NCBI GenBank assembly: GCA_041753155.1
Contig: JBGSVA010000028.1
Coordinates: 11,960-75,959 of the forward strand
Source of the DNA: Thermodesulfobacteriota bacterium
GTDB taxonomy: Bacteria; Desulfobacterota_D; UBA1144; Nemesobacterales; UBA2774
Length of the DNA: 64,000 bases
Reading direction: 5' to 3'
Shown here: one piece after another, positions 9,515 to 18,822 of the stretch
How positions within the stretch are numbered: the first letter of the stretch is position 1
Layout of the letters: every line of letters begins with the position of its first letter
Position numbers and translations under genes: made by a program
Notes under the pieces: model-generated
What the model was told of the DNA's origin: nothing
The model's database searches: none
Seen by the model: only the letters and a program-made list of their open reading frames with translations

Positions 9515-10657
9515 ATGCGGAACGGAACCCCCGAGAGTGTATTCTACGTAGGAAGCCCGGAGCTCTTCTCGAAGGGCGCGAGCGCCATACACATAATGAA
9601 GATGTGCCAGGCGATGGGGAGGCTCGGCATAGCAGCGACCCTCCTCATCCCGGCTTACCGTACGCCCGGGGAAATGTTCCAGTACTACGGCGTGGAATCG
9701 AATTTCAGGATTGTCTCCTTCCCCTACTTCGGCAGGTCGTCCGTGAGGAATATATCCCACGGCGTCCTCGCCTCTATATACGCGGGGGTGCGCAGGAAGG
9801 AGTTCGACCTGGCAGTCACGAGGAACATCGTATTCGCCTCGATCGCGACTAACGTATTCGGCGTGCCGACTGTATACGACGCGCACCATCCGCTCGTGAC
9901 CGGCGCGCGCCTGCTCTTCAATTCTTTCAAGCGCTCGGAGCGGCTCGTCCGGTTCTCGACCAACTCGCGCGGGTTAGCCGAAATATACCTCCGGGAAGGC
10001 CTCCCTCCCGGGAAGCTCGTCGTCGCCCACAACGGGGTGGACCTCGAGGGATACAGGGCGCTCCCCGACAAAACCGGGGCCCGGGCCGGCCTCGGCCTGC
10101 CGCAAGACGAGAAGATAGTCTGCTACTCGGGCAACATATACGAGGGCAGGGGGATAGAGCACCTGATAGAGATCGCCCCCGGCATGAGCGGCGTGCTCTT
10201 CCTCATAGTTGGCGGGCTCGAGTCGGACGTCCAGCGCTGCCGCAGTCTCGCCCGTGAGAAGAGAGCGGAGAACATCAGGTTCACGAGCTACGTCCACAGC
10301 AATACGGTCCCGCTATATCTCGCGGCTTCGGACGTCCTCGTCATGCCCTACACCTCGCGCATGACCATAAGGGGCGGCACTCTTGCCAGCGACTTCACCT
10401 CCCCGATAAAGCTTTTCGAGTACATGGCGTCCGGGCGTCCTATTGTAGCTACATCCATCCCGTCCGTCTCGGAGATACTCGAGGACGGCGTGAACGCGCT
10501 CCTCGTTCCCCCCGACAGCCCCGAGGCGCTCGCGGCCGGCATAAAAAGGGCGCTCGACGACCCCGCGCTCGCGAATGCCCTATCCGGGAGGGCCGCATCC
10601 GACGTCAGGGGGTACACGTGGGAGGTGAGGGCCAAAAAATTACTCGGAATCGATTAG
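9515..10657 (+). CDS. Glycosyltransferase family 4 (GT-B, 'group 1')
   Basis: EX7E-region motifs: KLFEYMASGRPIVATSIPSVSEILEDGVNALLVPPD, plus YSGNIYEGRGIEHLIE. Confidence 0.8.
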   Translation: MRNGTPESVFYVGSPELFSKGASAIHIMKMCQAMGRLGIAATLLIPAYRTPGEMFQYYGVESNFRIVSFPYFGRSSVRNISHGVLASIYAGVRRKEFDLAVTRNIVFASIATNVFGVPTVYDAHHPLVTGARLLFNSFKRSERLVRFSTNSRGLAEIYLREGLPPGKLVVAHNGVDLEGYRALPDKTGARAGLGLPQDEKIVCYSGNIYEGRGIEHLIEIAPGMSGVLFLIVGGLESDVQRCRSLAREKRAENIRFTSYVHSNTVPLYLAASDVLVMPYTSRMTIRGGTLASDFTSPIKLFEYMASGRPIVATSIPSVSEILEDGVNALLVPPDSPEALAAGIKRALDDPALANALSGRAASDVRGYTWEVRAKKLLGID

Positions 10658-10751
10658 CTATTCAGGTTGTATAATTTTTAGGGTATTTTATCACTTCAAT
10701 TTTAATCGATTCTCATCAGGATTGAATTAAGCAGCGTGACAAGGTAAGGAA

Positions 10752-12263
10752 GTGAGGGTGATGCACAGGTATCTCTTTATATTTTTGTCTCTGATCGTCG
10801 CGGTCCAGGCGTCGGCTCAGGATGACGTCCGCGTGAACGAGATGTTCGATTACGCATTCTCCGAGAACGCCGCCACGGGGCAGAAGCAGGAGGAAGAGAA
10901 GGACGGGGAATTCGTCACGGGCGAGGAGGGGAAGGAGCGTCTCGGCTTAAACGCCTTCCTCCGCGACTCCGCCTTAATGTACGGGGGCCTCTGGGCGTCC
11001 AGGTTTTTCTACGTAAGGAACAAGAACAGCAGGATATTCGATACGTCCTTTTCCAAATGGTGGCACAACATCACGCAGTGGCCGGAATGGGACGACGGGG
11101 ACTCGTTCTTCACCAACTGGGTCACGCACCCCTCAATAGGCGCTGTGGAGTATCTCTTCTACAGGCAGATGGGGCACGGCTACCTGGTCTCCGCGCTCGG
11201 CGTGGTGCTTCAGAGCACGCTCTTCGAGTACACGATCGAGGGCACGGTCGAAGTCCCTTCGCTCGTCGACCTCGTATCGACGCCGCTCGTCGGCGTCCCT
11301 ATGGGGTTCGCGCTCGAGAAGTCCTCCGACTGGCTCGTATCCACAGACTTCGTTCCGGCGAAGATACTCGGCCACATACTGAACCCGTGGAAGAACTTCA
11401 TCTCCGACAGGAAGGTCGGTATCTATGACCCGTTCTCGGAGACGTTCTTTTCGGTGACCGGGCCCATAGTGTTCACGCCTAACAAGGACATCGCTATAGA
11501 CCTCGCTTACCCCTACTTCCTCGAGGAGCCGATCCCGATGGCCAGGTTCAGGGCGGACCTGGAGATACTGAACCTGAAAAAGAGCGAGGGCGGGCAGTTC
11601 GTATTCTATTCGCTCCGCGCGGACGTGCCTTCGAAGAACGGGCTCTGGGGCGTTTACGTGAGGGTAGCGCAGTCGGGCGTGAACGAGGTGGTGATCAACG
11701 GCGAGGAGGTGAGGGACGGGTTCGAATTCGCGAACGTGCTGGCGGGCGGCAAGTTCCTCCTCTGGAAGTCCCATAATTCCGCAGTCTCCGGGGGAGTCGA
11801 GCTTATTCTCCCGACCTCCTACAAGGACAACATAGACAGGCTCTCGACCGTCACGATGTTCAGAAGGAATTTCCCGATAAATTTACAGAAGGCGTGGACC
11901 GTGACGCCTTACGTTACAGCGGCCGCGTGGAGCGGCATATTCAACGTGCAGGCTATGGTGTCTGCCGACACTGTGCTCAACGCAAGCGAGCTCGAAGGTA
12001 ACGGGGCCGAGTTCAGGGTGAATTACGGGGCCTCGGCCGGGGCGAATTTCCCGGTGATCGCGTCCCCCGTGCTCTACGCGGAGTTCGGCGCGTACACGAC
12101 CCTCACGGCGGATACGTTCGAGAAGAACGATATGTTCATGACTTCGGGTGTGAGGTTCGGGAGGAAATTCAGCCCGGGCTTCGCGCTCCAGTTCCCCGTA
12201 GCCGGCGTCGACAGGGACATCGCCAGGTACAGCTACATGTTCGACTTCCAGATAAGGTTCTGA
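10752..12263 (+). CDS. Outer-membrane beta-barrel protein, paralog 1 (signal peptide, C-terminal Phe)
   Basis: Signal peptide MRVMHRYLFIFLSLIVAVQASAQD. C-terminus is ...FDFQIRF. About 40% identical to the downstream paralog across its length. The start may be the ATG at 10761. Confidence 0.75.
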   Translation: MRVMHRYLFIFLSLIVAVQASAQDDVRVNEMFDYAFSENAATGQKQEEEKDGEFVTGEEGKERLGLNAFLRDSALMYGGLWASRFFYVRNKNSRIFDTSFSKWWHNITQWPEWDDGDSFFTNWVTHPSIGAVEYLFYRQMGHGYLVSALGVVLQSTLFEYTIEGTVEVPSLVDLVSTPLVGVPMGFALEKSSDWLVSTDFVPAKILGHILNPWKNFISDRKVGIYDPFSETFFSVTGPIVFTPNKDIAIDLAYPYFLEEPIPMARFRADLEILNLKKSEGGQFVFYSLRADVPSKNGLWGVYVRVAQSGVNEVVINGEEVRDGFEFANVLAGGKFLLWKSHNSAVSGGVELILPTSYKDNIDRLSTVTMFRRNFPINLQKAWTVTPYVTAAAWSGIFNVQAMVSADTVLNASELEGNGAEFRVNYGASAGANFPVIASPVLYAEFGAYTTLTADTFEKNDMFMTSGVRFGRKFSPGFALQFPVAGVDRDIARYSYMFDFQIRF

Positions 12264-12348
12264 TTTTTTCCCTTGCGGATCTCTAATTATGTCATTTCGA
12301 CCAACAGGAGAAATCTGTCATTTGCCCGTTCGCCCTTTTATATTAATT

Positions 12349-12372
12349 CCTTCCCCTTATCAAGGGGGAAGG
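12349..12372 (+). terminator. Strong GC hairpin (CCTTCCCC..GGGGAAGG) about 85 nt downstream of the OMP paralog-1 stop
   Basis: Seen directly in the sequence. It is followed by GGGGGTTTT but has no canonical U-tract immediately after the stem. Confidence 0.35.
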
Positions 12373-12412
12373 TTAGGATGGGGGTTTTACCCTTCAATCA
12401 TGAATTTAGAAA

Positions 12413-12657
12413 TCCCGTTCGTCCTTCGGCACACAATGTGTGCTCATTTACGATTCCATCCAACTCCTTCGATAAAGGGGGATTCTCCACACTCGATTGA
12501 CACACGTTTGCCAGCGGATGCTAGCCGCCGCAGAACCTGCGCTCGTATACGATCCTGCTGAATCTCCTCAGCTCAAACCGGCAACGAAGCCCAACCCGTT
12601 CGTCCTGACCCTGCCGCTCGTTAGTTTGTTTCTACGATTCCATCCAACTCCTCCGTA
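12413..12657 (+). repeat. Two imperfect direct repeats of about 60 bp (cccgttcgtcct...tacgattccatccaactcct) in the 545-bp spacer between the OMP paralogs
   Basis: Copy 1 is 12413-12473; copy 2 is 12595-12657. The shared core ACGATTCCATCCAACTCCT is identical in both. Confidence 0.7.
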
Positions 12658-12809
12658 TTCACAATACTCCCGTATGTCCGCGGCGGCTCCCCGCCCGGAC
12701 GAATTTGGAGCATTCGTAAATTCTTCTTTTATTTCCGCTAAATAATTGTTACAATGTGCTATGCGCACGGACGCGGTTTCCCCGCCTCGGCCCGGGTGCT
12801 TAAGGGAGG

Positions 12810-14354
12810 ATGTGGTTGAAGGCGACGATTGTATGTACCGCTTTACTCATGCTTTTTCAGCTCGTCCCTGCCTCGGCCGAGGATAGTCCCTACCTTTACG
12901 CGGCCGGGGAATCCGTCACTCCCCACGAACCGGACGACGCCGTTCTCCCCGCGGCGGAGCCCGATGCTAATAGCCCCGCTCTCAAAATTAACGATACCAA
13001 CGAGCCCGCGCCTGCTCCAAATCTCAGGCCCCCCGGCTTCAAGACCTATATGGAAGACACGGCGATCTGGTACGGCGCGCAGTGGGCGGCGAGACTCTGG
13101 TGGGTGAGGGACAAGAACGTCAAAATATTCGACGGCTCGTTCCATACCTTCTGGGACAACCTCACGAGAGAGCCGCTATGGAACGACCAGGACGATTTCG
13201 TAGTCAACTGGGTGCTCCACCCGTTCTTCGGCATGCTCCACTACCAGTTCTACAGGGCGAGGGGGCATAGCGTGTGGGCGTCGGCCCTGGGCTCTGTCAT
13301 ACAGAGCACGCTCTTCGAATACGGGATCGAAGGCTGGGCCGTCAGGCCCTCCGGCCTCGACCTCATAGTCACGCCCGCTCTCGGCGTCCCGCTCGGATGG
13401 ACGATGGAGCAGCTCTCCGACTGGCTCATCGAGCAGGACAGCACGGCCGCTCAGGTCGCGGCATACGTCGCCAACCCCACGAGGATTTTCGTCAAGGACA
13501 CTGCCTTCGGGCTGATAAACCCGGTGACGGGCTCGTTCCAGTACCAGGGACAGTTCACTATATCGACGACCAAGGGCAAGGCGCTCGAGCTCGCGTATCC
13601 GCACTTCTTCGAGCCCCCTCTACCGCTCGGCAGGGTAGGCATAGACTTCGAGATAATCACACTTGAGGAACCGCTCGGCGGAGAGTTCATACTCTATCCG
13701 ATGAGGCTCGAGTTCCCTTCGGAGAGCAATTACTGGGGCGTGTACATGGACATTCCCTACGGGGGGGTGAACAACGTGACGGACGGGGATACGGAGATAA
13801 GGGACGGGTACGAGTTCGGGAACCTCATGGTCGGTGTGAAATCGCTCGCGATCAAGTCGAAAAGCTACGCCGCTTCTGCCGGCCTCGAAGTGTATTTCCC
13901 GACCACGTTCACGGACGACCAGCAGAGGCTCCAGCAGATAATAAAGTACAGGAGGGACTTCCAGATGTACCTCTACAAGGCTGTGACCGTTTCGCCGTAC
14001 ATCTCGGCTGGGGCGTGGAAAGGGCCGTTCAGCATACAGGGCGCACTGGGCTCGGACTTCATATTCAACGCTGAGGAATTCGAAGGGCAGGACTTCGAGT
14101 TCAGGGTCAATTACCACGCGGCTGCAGGGATCAACGTCCCCATGACGGGGTCGCCCATTGTTTACTGCGAGTTCGACGGCTACACGATAACGACCGACGA
14201 CAGCGCGGGCGGCGGCACCGACCTATTCATCACCCCCGGCATACGGTTCGGGCGCAAGATCAGCCCCGGCTTCGCGGTCCAGATCCCGGTCTACGGGCCT
14301 ACCGACGACATAGCCAACGCCGATTTCGTGTTCGACTTCCAGCTCAGATTTTGA
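12810..14354 (+). CDS. Outer-membrane beta-barrel protein, paralog 2
   Basis: RBS GGGAGGA. Signal peptide MWLKATIVCTALLMLFQLVPASAED. Blocks shared with paralog 1 include WxxxxxxIFDxSF, NWVxHP, QSTLFEY and GxRFGRKxSPGFAxQxPV. C-terminus is FDFQLRF. Confidence 0.8.
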   Translation: MWLKATIVCTALLMLFQLVPASAEDSPYLYAAGESVTPHEPDDAVLPAAEPDANSPALKINDTNEPAPAPNLRPPGFKTYMEDTAIWYGAQWAARLWWVRDKNVKIFDGSFHTFWDNLTREPLWNDQDDFVVNWVLHPFFGMLHYQFYRARGHSVWASALGSVIQSTLFEYGIEGWAVRPSGLDLIVTPALGVPLGWTMEQLSDWLIEQDSTAAQVAAYVANPTRIFVKDTAFGLINPVTGSFQYQGQFTISTTKGKALELAYPHFFEPPLPLGRVGIDFEIITLEEPLGGEFILYPMRLEFPSESNYWGVYMDIPYGGVNNVTDGDTEIRDGYEFGNLMVGVKSLAIKSKSYAASAGLEVYFPTTFTDDQQRLQQIIKYRRDFQMYLYKAVTVSPYISAGAWKGPFSIQGALGSDFIFNAEEFEGQDFEFRVNYHAAAGINVPMTGSPIVYCEFDGYTITTDDSAGGGTDLFITPGIRFGRKISPGFAVQIPVYGPTDDIANADFVFDFQLRF

Positions 14355-15237
14355 GGGGGGGGAACCTCTCTCGGTCTACTTCCAGGATTCCCTTCATATC
14401 CTCTCGACACGCTTAATGATTTACTATCCGGTCCTCGGCCCTTAGAAGAGCTGTAATGCGTCTATATCCGTACCTGCCATAAGTACATGCAAGACTTACT
14501 ATATCCCTTCTTAGGATCTCTCCTTCCCTGATTTGTTTGATTGATGTCGCCGGACCGAACGCGGTTGGTTAAGAACCCTGCATGCCCTCCGCTCCGATAC
14601 GCCCAGCTTCTGCTGTACATATACCGCACATGTATGTCTACGTTCGGTTCCCCATATAATACATAAGCATCTTTAGCAAGGGCTATAGTATTAAGACTAA
14701 AGTATTATATTAAAGACAATGACTAGTTCGTTTTTAAGTGAAAAGAAATACTTAAGTTTTATTCACATATTACCTTAACCTGTATATAATAATATTCGGG
14801 GTAGTATTAATTTTATAGTGGTCGGATATGATAAAAGGTTCCGCCTTAGACTATTCGGATCCACATTTCTATGTCGATATCATGCGAGGATATACAAGAA
14901 TGCTGTCTATCCGCTATCATGATAACCCTCTCGACACTCTTCTAACTGGTCCAGATTTGATCGGACAACCCCGCCAGGTTCTTGGCTATTCTGAACATTT
15001 TATTATGCTCTTATACTGTATTCGGTGACGTGTTGGGGGAGGGTATCAAATGCTAGCAATTATGAAAATTTTAGTGTCAGATTGCTCGCAAAATATGCAT
15101 ATACAAACTAAAAATTTTCTAACTGGTGAAATGAGTTATGCAAATAGAGGGATATGAGTACGACTAAATTAAATTTAGTAGAAATAATAAATTTATAAGA
15201 GATACTTGTACACGTACATCAAGTCGACAGGTAGGGC

Positions 15238-15951
15238 ATGATAATAATGGGCATGATTGAGAATACCAAAATTATGAAACCAACTCTTGACGAACCACTA
15301 TCGCTCAATCAAAACATCGATCAAAATACTCATAATCTTGTATTTGTATTAAGTATTAATTACGAAATTGTATTCGCGAATCCCAACCTTAAAAGTATTT
15401 TGTGTTATAAAGTCGAAGGTTTTCTGGGTACGAACTTTTTTCAACATGTTCATACTGACGATTGTGAGAGGGTAAAGGCCGAATTTGATAATACATTTAG
15501 AATTTTTTCCAAATTAATCAGACTGGATAATTATGAACTAAATGACGGCAACGTTTTTAAGTTAGCAGCAAAAGACCAGATTAAAACTTTCCTACAAAAC
15601 TATTCTAAATCACTCAGAACGCTGTCTGCAATTAGGCCGATTATGTTCAGAGTTAAACGAAAGAATGGAAAATGGTGCTGGCTTGAAAGCAGCGGTATCC
15701 CTTTTGTTGCTGAACATGGCGAGATCATGATAACGATTTCAGCTCGTGACGTCACAGGGAGCATTAAGCTGCAAAAGTTGCTTAAAATGAACTTGAGAAA
15801 GCTGAACAAAAAATACAGGTATGAGACTATAGTACGTACCGTAACACAGTATGTCCATAAATCGATAAATATACGGGAAGTATTCGAGAATGCCGTCGAT
15901 GCTATTCACAATAACGTACTGGGAGCGAAATATGTGTTTCGATTCATATAA
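15238..15951 (+). CDS. Sensor histidine kinase, N-terminal fragment (PAS plus the first half of a GAF domain), disrupted by an apparent frameshift
   Basis: PAS core RVKRKNGKWCWLESSGIPFVAEHGEIMITISARDVTG. The sequence ends inside a GAF domain (...VLGAKYVFRFI*), and the same GAF continues in another frame from about 15917. Confidence 0.7.
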   Translation: MIIMGMIENTKIMKPTLDEPLSLNQNIDQNTHNLVFVLSINYEIVFANPNLKSILCYKVEGFLGTNFFQHVHTDDCERVKAEFDNTFRIFSKLIRLDNYELNDGNVFKLAAKDQIKTFLQNYSKSLRTLSAIRPIMFRVKRKNGKWCWLESSGIPFVAEHGEIMITISARDVTGSIKLQKLLKMNLRKLNKKYRYETIVRTVTQYVHKSINIREVFENAVDAIHNNVLGAKYVFRFI

Positions 15952-16058
15952 TTGAAGACGGCAATGCGGTCATCAAGGCTTATAGGGGATACCCTGACAG
16001 ATTTATTGATAGAATAAGAATAATTCCATATCCCAAAGACTATACATGGAAGACCATA

Positions 16059-17489
16059 ATGGATGAGAAGTCCATATATTGTGCCAATGTGGACAGGGAT
16101 ACTATAGTGGGCAGAGTAGGAAGGGAAATCGGAGTTAGAAGCTATTTATCAATGCCTATTCATTCCAGGAATAGCGTGCTGGGTGTGATAAATATTAGCT
16201 CAAACAAAAATAATATATTCGACCAGGACGAGTTGATTCTGCTTGAACTTATAGCGCAGCAAATAGAAACCGCTATTAATAATGCAAGGAAGGTGGAAGA
16301 GTTAAGGAAGAGTGAAAAGCGTTTCAGGACCCTCTTTGAAAATGTGCCGACCGGGATGTTTAGAATCACTCCCGACGGCCAGTTGCTGGATGCGAATCCG
16401 GCGTTCGTAGGGATGCTGGGTTTTTCATCTACTGAGGAATTGGTCGTGCATGAGATTGATCGCCAGTATTTAAAGTCGGATGTCGACTGGAAGGAAGTTA
16501 AGAAGACCATAGAGCGGGACGGAGAGATAAAGGGTTTGGAATCGGTGTGGAATAAGCGGGACGGAACAAAGATATTTGTACTGGAGAATATTACAGTGAT
16601 TAGATCAACTGACGGGAATGTTTTATTTTACGAAGGAACAATTGAAGATATTACTAAACGTAAAGTAGCGGAAAATAAGTTGAAAGAGGTTAATTTAAAT
16701 CTGGAAATGGAGATTAGCAGAAGAACTGCTCAACTGATAAAAGCTAATGAGTACCTGCGAAAGGAAATATCCGAGAGGAGGCTGAAGGAAGAAGAGCTTA
16801 AGAAATCATACGACCAGCTTCGTGCACTGACAAAACACTTGGAGTCGGTACGCGAGGAAGAAAGAACCAAAATATCGCGGGAGGTCCACGATGAGCTGGG
16901 GCAGTCACTGACTGGTCTGAAAATTGACCTCGACTTGTTGAAGAAGCAGCTCAGCGAAAGCGGTAACAACCGCGAAAACGATAAACTAACTGAAGGGATT
17001 AGGAACATGGCATCTCTCATCGATTATAACATTCAGTCAGTTCGAAGAATAGCCATGGAGCTGAGGCCCGGCGTCCTCGATGATCTGGGAACGGTTGCAG
17101 CAATTGAATGGCAGTTACAGGATTTTGAGAAGAGAACGGGTATTAAGTGCCGGTTCAGTTCAGGAGTCGAGGATTTTCCATTGAGCCGTGAGGTATCGAC
17201 TGATTTATTTCGTATCTTTAAGGAGGTCATCACAAATGTCGCTCGTCATTCGAAAGCGACACTTGTCAAAGTGAGGTTGAAGGAGTATCGCAACAAATGT
17301 TTGCTCGAAGTTCAGGATAACGGAGTGGGGATCTCGAATGACGTCATTGTTGCTCCGCAGTCCCTGGGCTTACTCGGAATAAAGGAACGCGCATTGGGTA
17401 TCGGGGGAGATGTCAAGATAACGAGTGAATTTAATAAGGGAACAAAAATTATAGTAGTTGTCCCGAAAGGGAGGTGTTCTAATGATTAG
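16059..17489 (+). CDS. Sensor histidine kinase, C-terminal part (GAF C-half, PAS, HisKA_3, HATPase_c; NarX/DegS type)
   Basis: Motifs GVRSYLSMPIHSRNSVLGVINISS (GAF), FRTLFENVPTGMFRITPDGQLLDANPAF (PAS), EEERTKISREVHDELGQSLTGLKIDL (HisKA_3 H-box), QDNGVGIS and GLLGIKERA (HATPase). The reading frame is open upstream to about 15917 (IEDGNAVIKAYRGYPDRF...). Confidence 0.8.
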   Translation: MDEKSIYCANVDRDTIVGRVGREIGVRSYLSMPIHSRNSVLGVINISSNKNNIFDQDELILLELIAQQIETAINNARKVEELRKSEKRFRTLFENVPTGMFRITPDGQLLDANPAFVGMLGFSSTEELVVHEIDRQYLKSDVDWKEVKKTIERDGEIKGLESVWNKRDGTKIFVLENITVIRSTDGNVLFYEGTIEDITKRKVAENKLKEVNLNLEMEISRRTAQLIKANEYLRKEISERRLKEEELKKSYDQLRALTKHLESVREEERTKISREVHDELGQSLTGLKIDLDLLKKQLSESGNNRENDKLTEGIRNMASLIDYNIQSVRRIAMELRPGVLDDLGTVAAIEWQLQDFEKRTGIKCRFSSGVEDFPLSREVSTDLFRIFKEVITNVARHSKATLVKVRLKEYRNKCLLEVQDNGVGISNDVIVAPQSLGLLGIKERALGIGGDVKITSEFNKGTKIIVVVPKGRCSND

Positions 17490-18150
17490 AATATTAATTG
17501 CGGACGATCATCCGGTTGTAAGACTGGGTTTAAAATTAATACTCGAAAAAGAACCCGACATTTCTGTGAATAGTCAGGCGAGAAACGCACGCGAAGCTCT
17601 GGATCTGGTCGATGGAACGGAAATCGATGTCGTATTGCTCGATATATCGTTGCCAGACAGGAACGGACTCGACGTATTGCATCAGTTGAGGATAGAGCAC
17701 CCCGATATCAAGGTGTTAGTCATAAGTATGCATTCCGAAGACTTATATGCCATCAGAGTTCTAAAAGAAGGCGCATTTGGGTATGTGACAAAGGACAGTG
17801 CACCGGAGGAACTTGTGAAAGCCGTCAGAAAAGTTGTATCCGGCGGTAAATATATAAGTTCGTCCCTTGGTGAGAAACTGGTTTACGGACTGACAAGCGA
17901 GATTGAAAGTACCCCCGATCATTCACTGTCCAACCGTGAATTTCAAGTGATGTGTATGATCGCTTCCGGAAAGACAATAAAAGAAATATCAAAAGTACTT
18001 TATTTGAGTGGAAAGACCGTAAGTACATACCGATCACGTATTTTAAAAAAAATGAATTTGAAGAATAATGCCGAATTAATCACTTATACGATAAGGAATA
18101 ACCTGCTCCAAGTCTTGATTCCCGGCATCTGTATGTCTATTCTGATTTAA
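17482..18150 (+). CDS. LuxR/NarL-family response regulator (REC plus HTH)
   Basis: RBS GGGAGG. MIRILIADDHPVVRLGLK...DVVLLDISLPDRNGL (receiver domain). C-terminal LuxR HTH: NREFQVMCMIASGKTIKEISKVLYLSGKTVSTYRSRILKKM. Confidence 0.85.
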   Translation: MIRILIADDHPVVRLGLKLILEKEPDISVNSQARNAREALDLVDGTEIDVVLLDISLPDRNGLDVLHQLRIEHPDIKVLVISMHSEDLYAIRVLKEGAFGYVTKDSAPEELVKAVRKVVSGGKYISSSLGEKLVYGLTSEIESTPDHSLSNREFQVMCMIASGKTIKEISKVLYLSGKTVSTYRSRILKKMNLKNNAELITYTIRNNLLQVLIPGICMSILI

Positions 18151-18432
18151 TCATACAAGGCCGATTCCTCGGAATTACGCGCCCATTTCAACCCTGTTTC
18201 CCACCCGGATGATTTCTTCATTTTATCAAATAAGCATGAGAACAGGGTGATTACCGTATGTTCCTAAACGCCCGTTTTAACCTCTCGGAGTTATTCACCT
18301 GGCCTGGCTATTTGTAGGACGGGCCCTACAGGTCAACTATCCATAATCCTATATGATTAAGAGTCTTTCGCTGATATTCAAATGGTAAACGGTGTTCTAT
18401 GCTGGACTTAAGTGTCTGGTCAAGAGGAGCAG

Positions 18433-18807
18433 ATGAAGGTCTTGGTGGTGGATGATTCTAAGATAATTCGTGATAGATTGGTCAATTTGCTGTCTGGGAT
18501 AAAGGGAGTAGAAACTGTGGCTCAGGCTGAAAACGCAAAAATAGCGATGTCGACCTATCGGACCATCAAACCAGAAGTTTTAATATTGGACATACGCATG
18601 CGTGGAGTAAACGGAATAGAGCTGTTAAAACAGATTAAGAACGAGCAGCATGCCTCCAAGGTTATCATGCTGACAAATTTTCCTTACCCCCAATACAAGA
18701 AAAAATGCATTGAGGTGGGTGCGGATTATTTTCTAGACAAGTCTACTGAGTTCGATGAGATAAATGTAATTATACGGAGTATGGTGGAGGAATACGGACA
18801 TATATAG
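18433..18807 (+). CDS. Single-domain CheY-like receiver protein
   Basis: RBS AGAGGAG. MKVLVVDDSKIIRDRL...LILDIRMRGVNGIELL...KVIMLTNF. No output domain. Confidence 0.8.
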   Translation: MKVLVVDDSKIIRDRLVNLLSGIKGVETVAQAENAKIAMSTYRTIKPEVLILDIRMRGVNGIELLKQIKNEQHASKVIMLTNFPYPQYKKKCIEVGADYFLDKSTEFDEINVIIRSMVEEYGHI

Positions 18808-18822
18808 TTGGCGAGGAGGCGT

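Noticed and set aside
12273-12768. Small ORFs 12273-12500, 12289-12561, 12497-12745 (+) and 12568-12768 (-) in the OMP spacer
   Set aside because: They overlap one another and span the direct repeats (the RFHPTP peptide is just the repeat read in frame). They have no RBS, and I interpret the region as non-coding or regulatory.
11057-14117. ORFs 11057-11428(+), 11133-11774(-), 11210-11401(-), 12829-13107(+), 12843-13145(-), 13082-13270(+), 13176-13604(-), 13274-13666(+), 13451-13690(-), 13620-14117(-)
   Set aside because: Embedded in the two OMP paralog genes, which have signal peptides, conserved paralog blocks and C-terminal Phe. The alternatives are Arg/Pro-rich.
14828-15028. 66-aa ORF in the AT-rich left junction
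   Set aside because: No RBS and no recognisable domain, and it lies in a junk-like AT-rich junction. It could be a remnant, but there is not enough support to call it.
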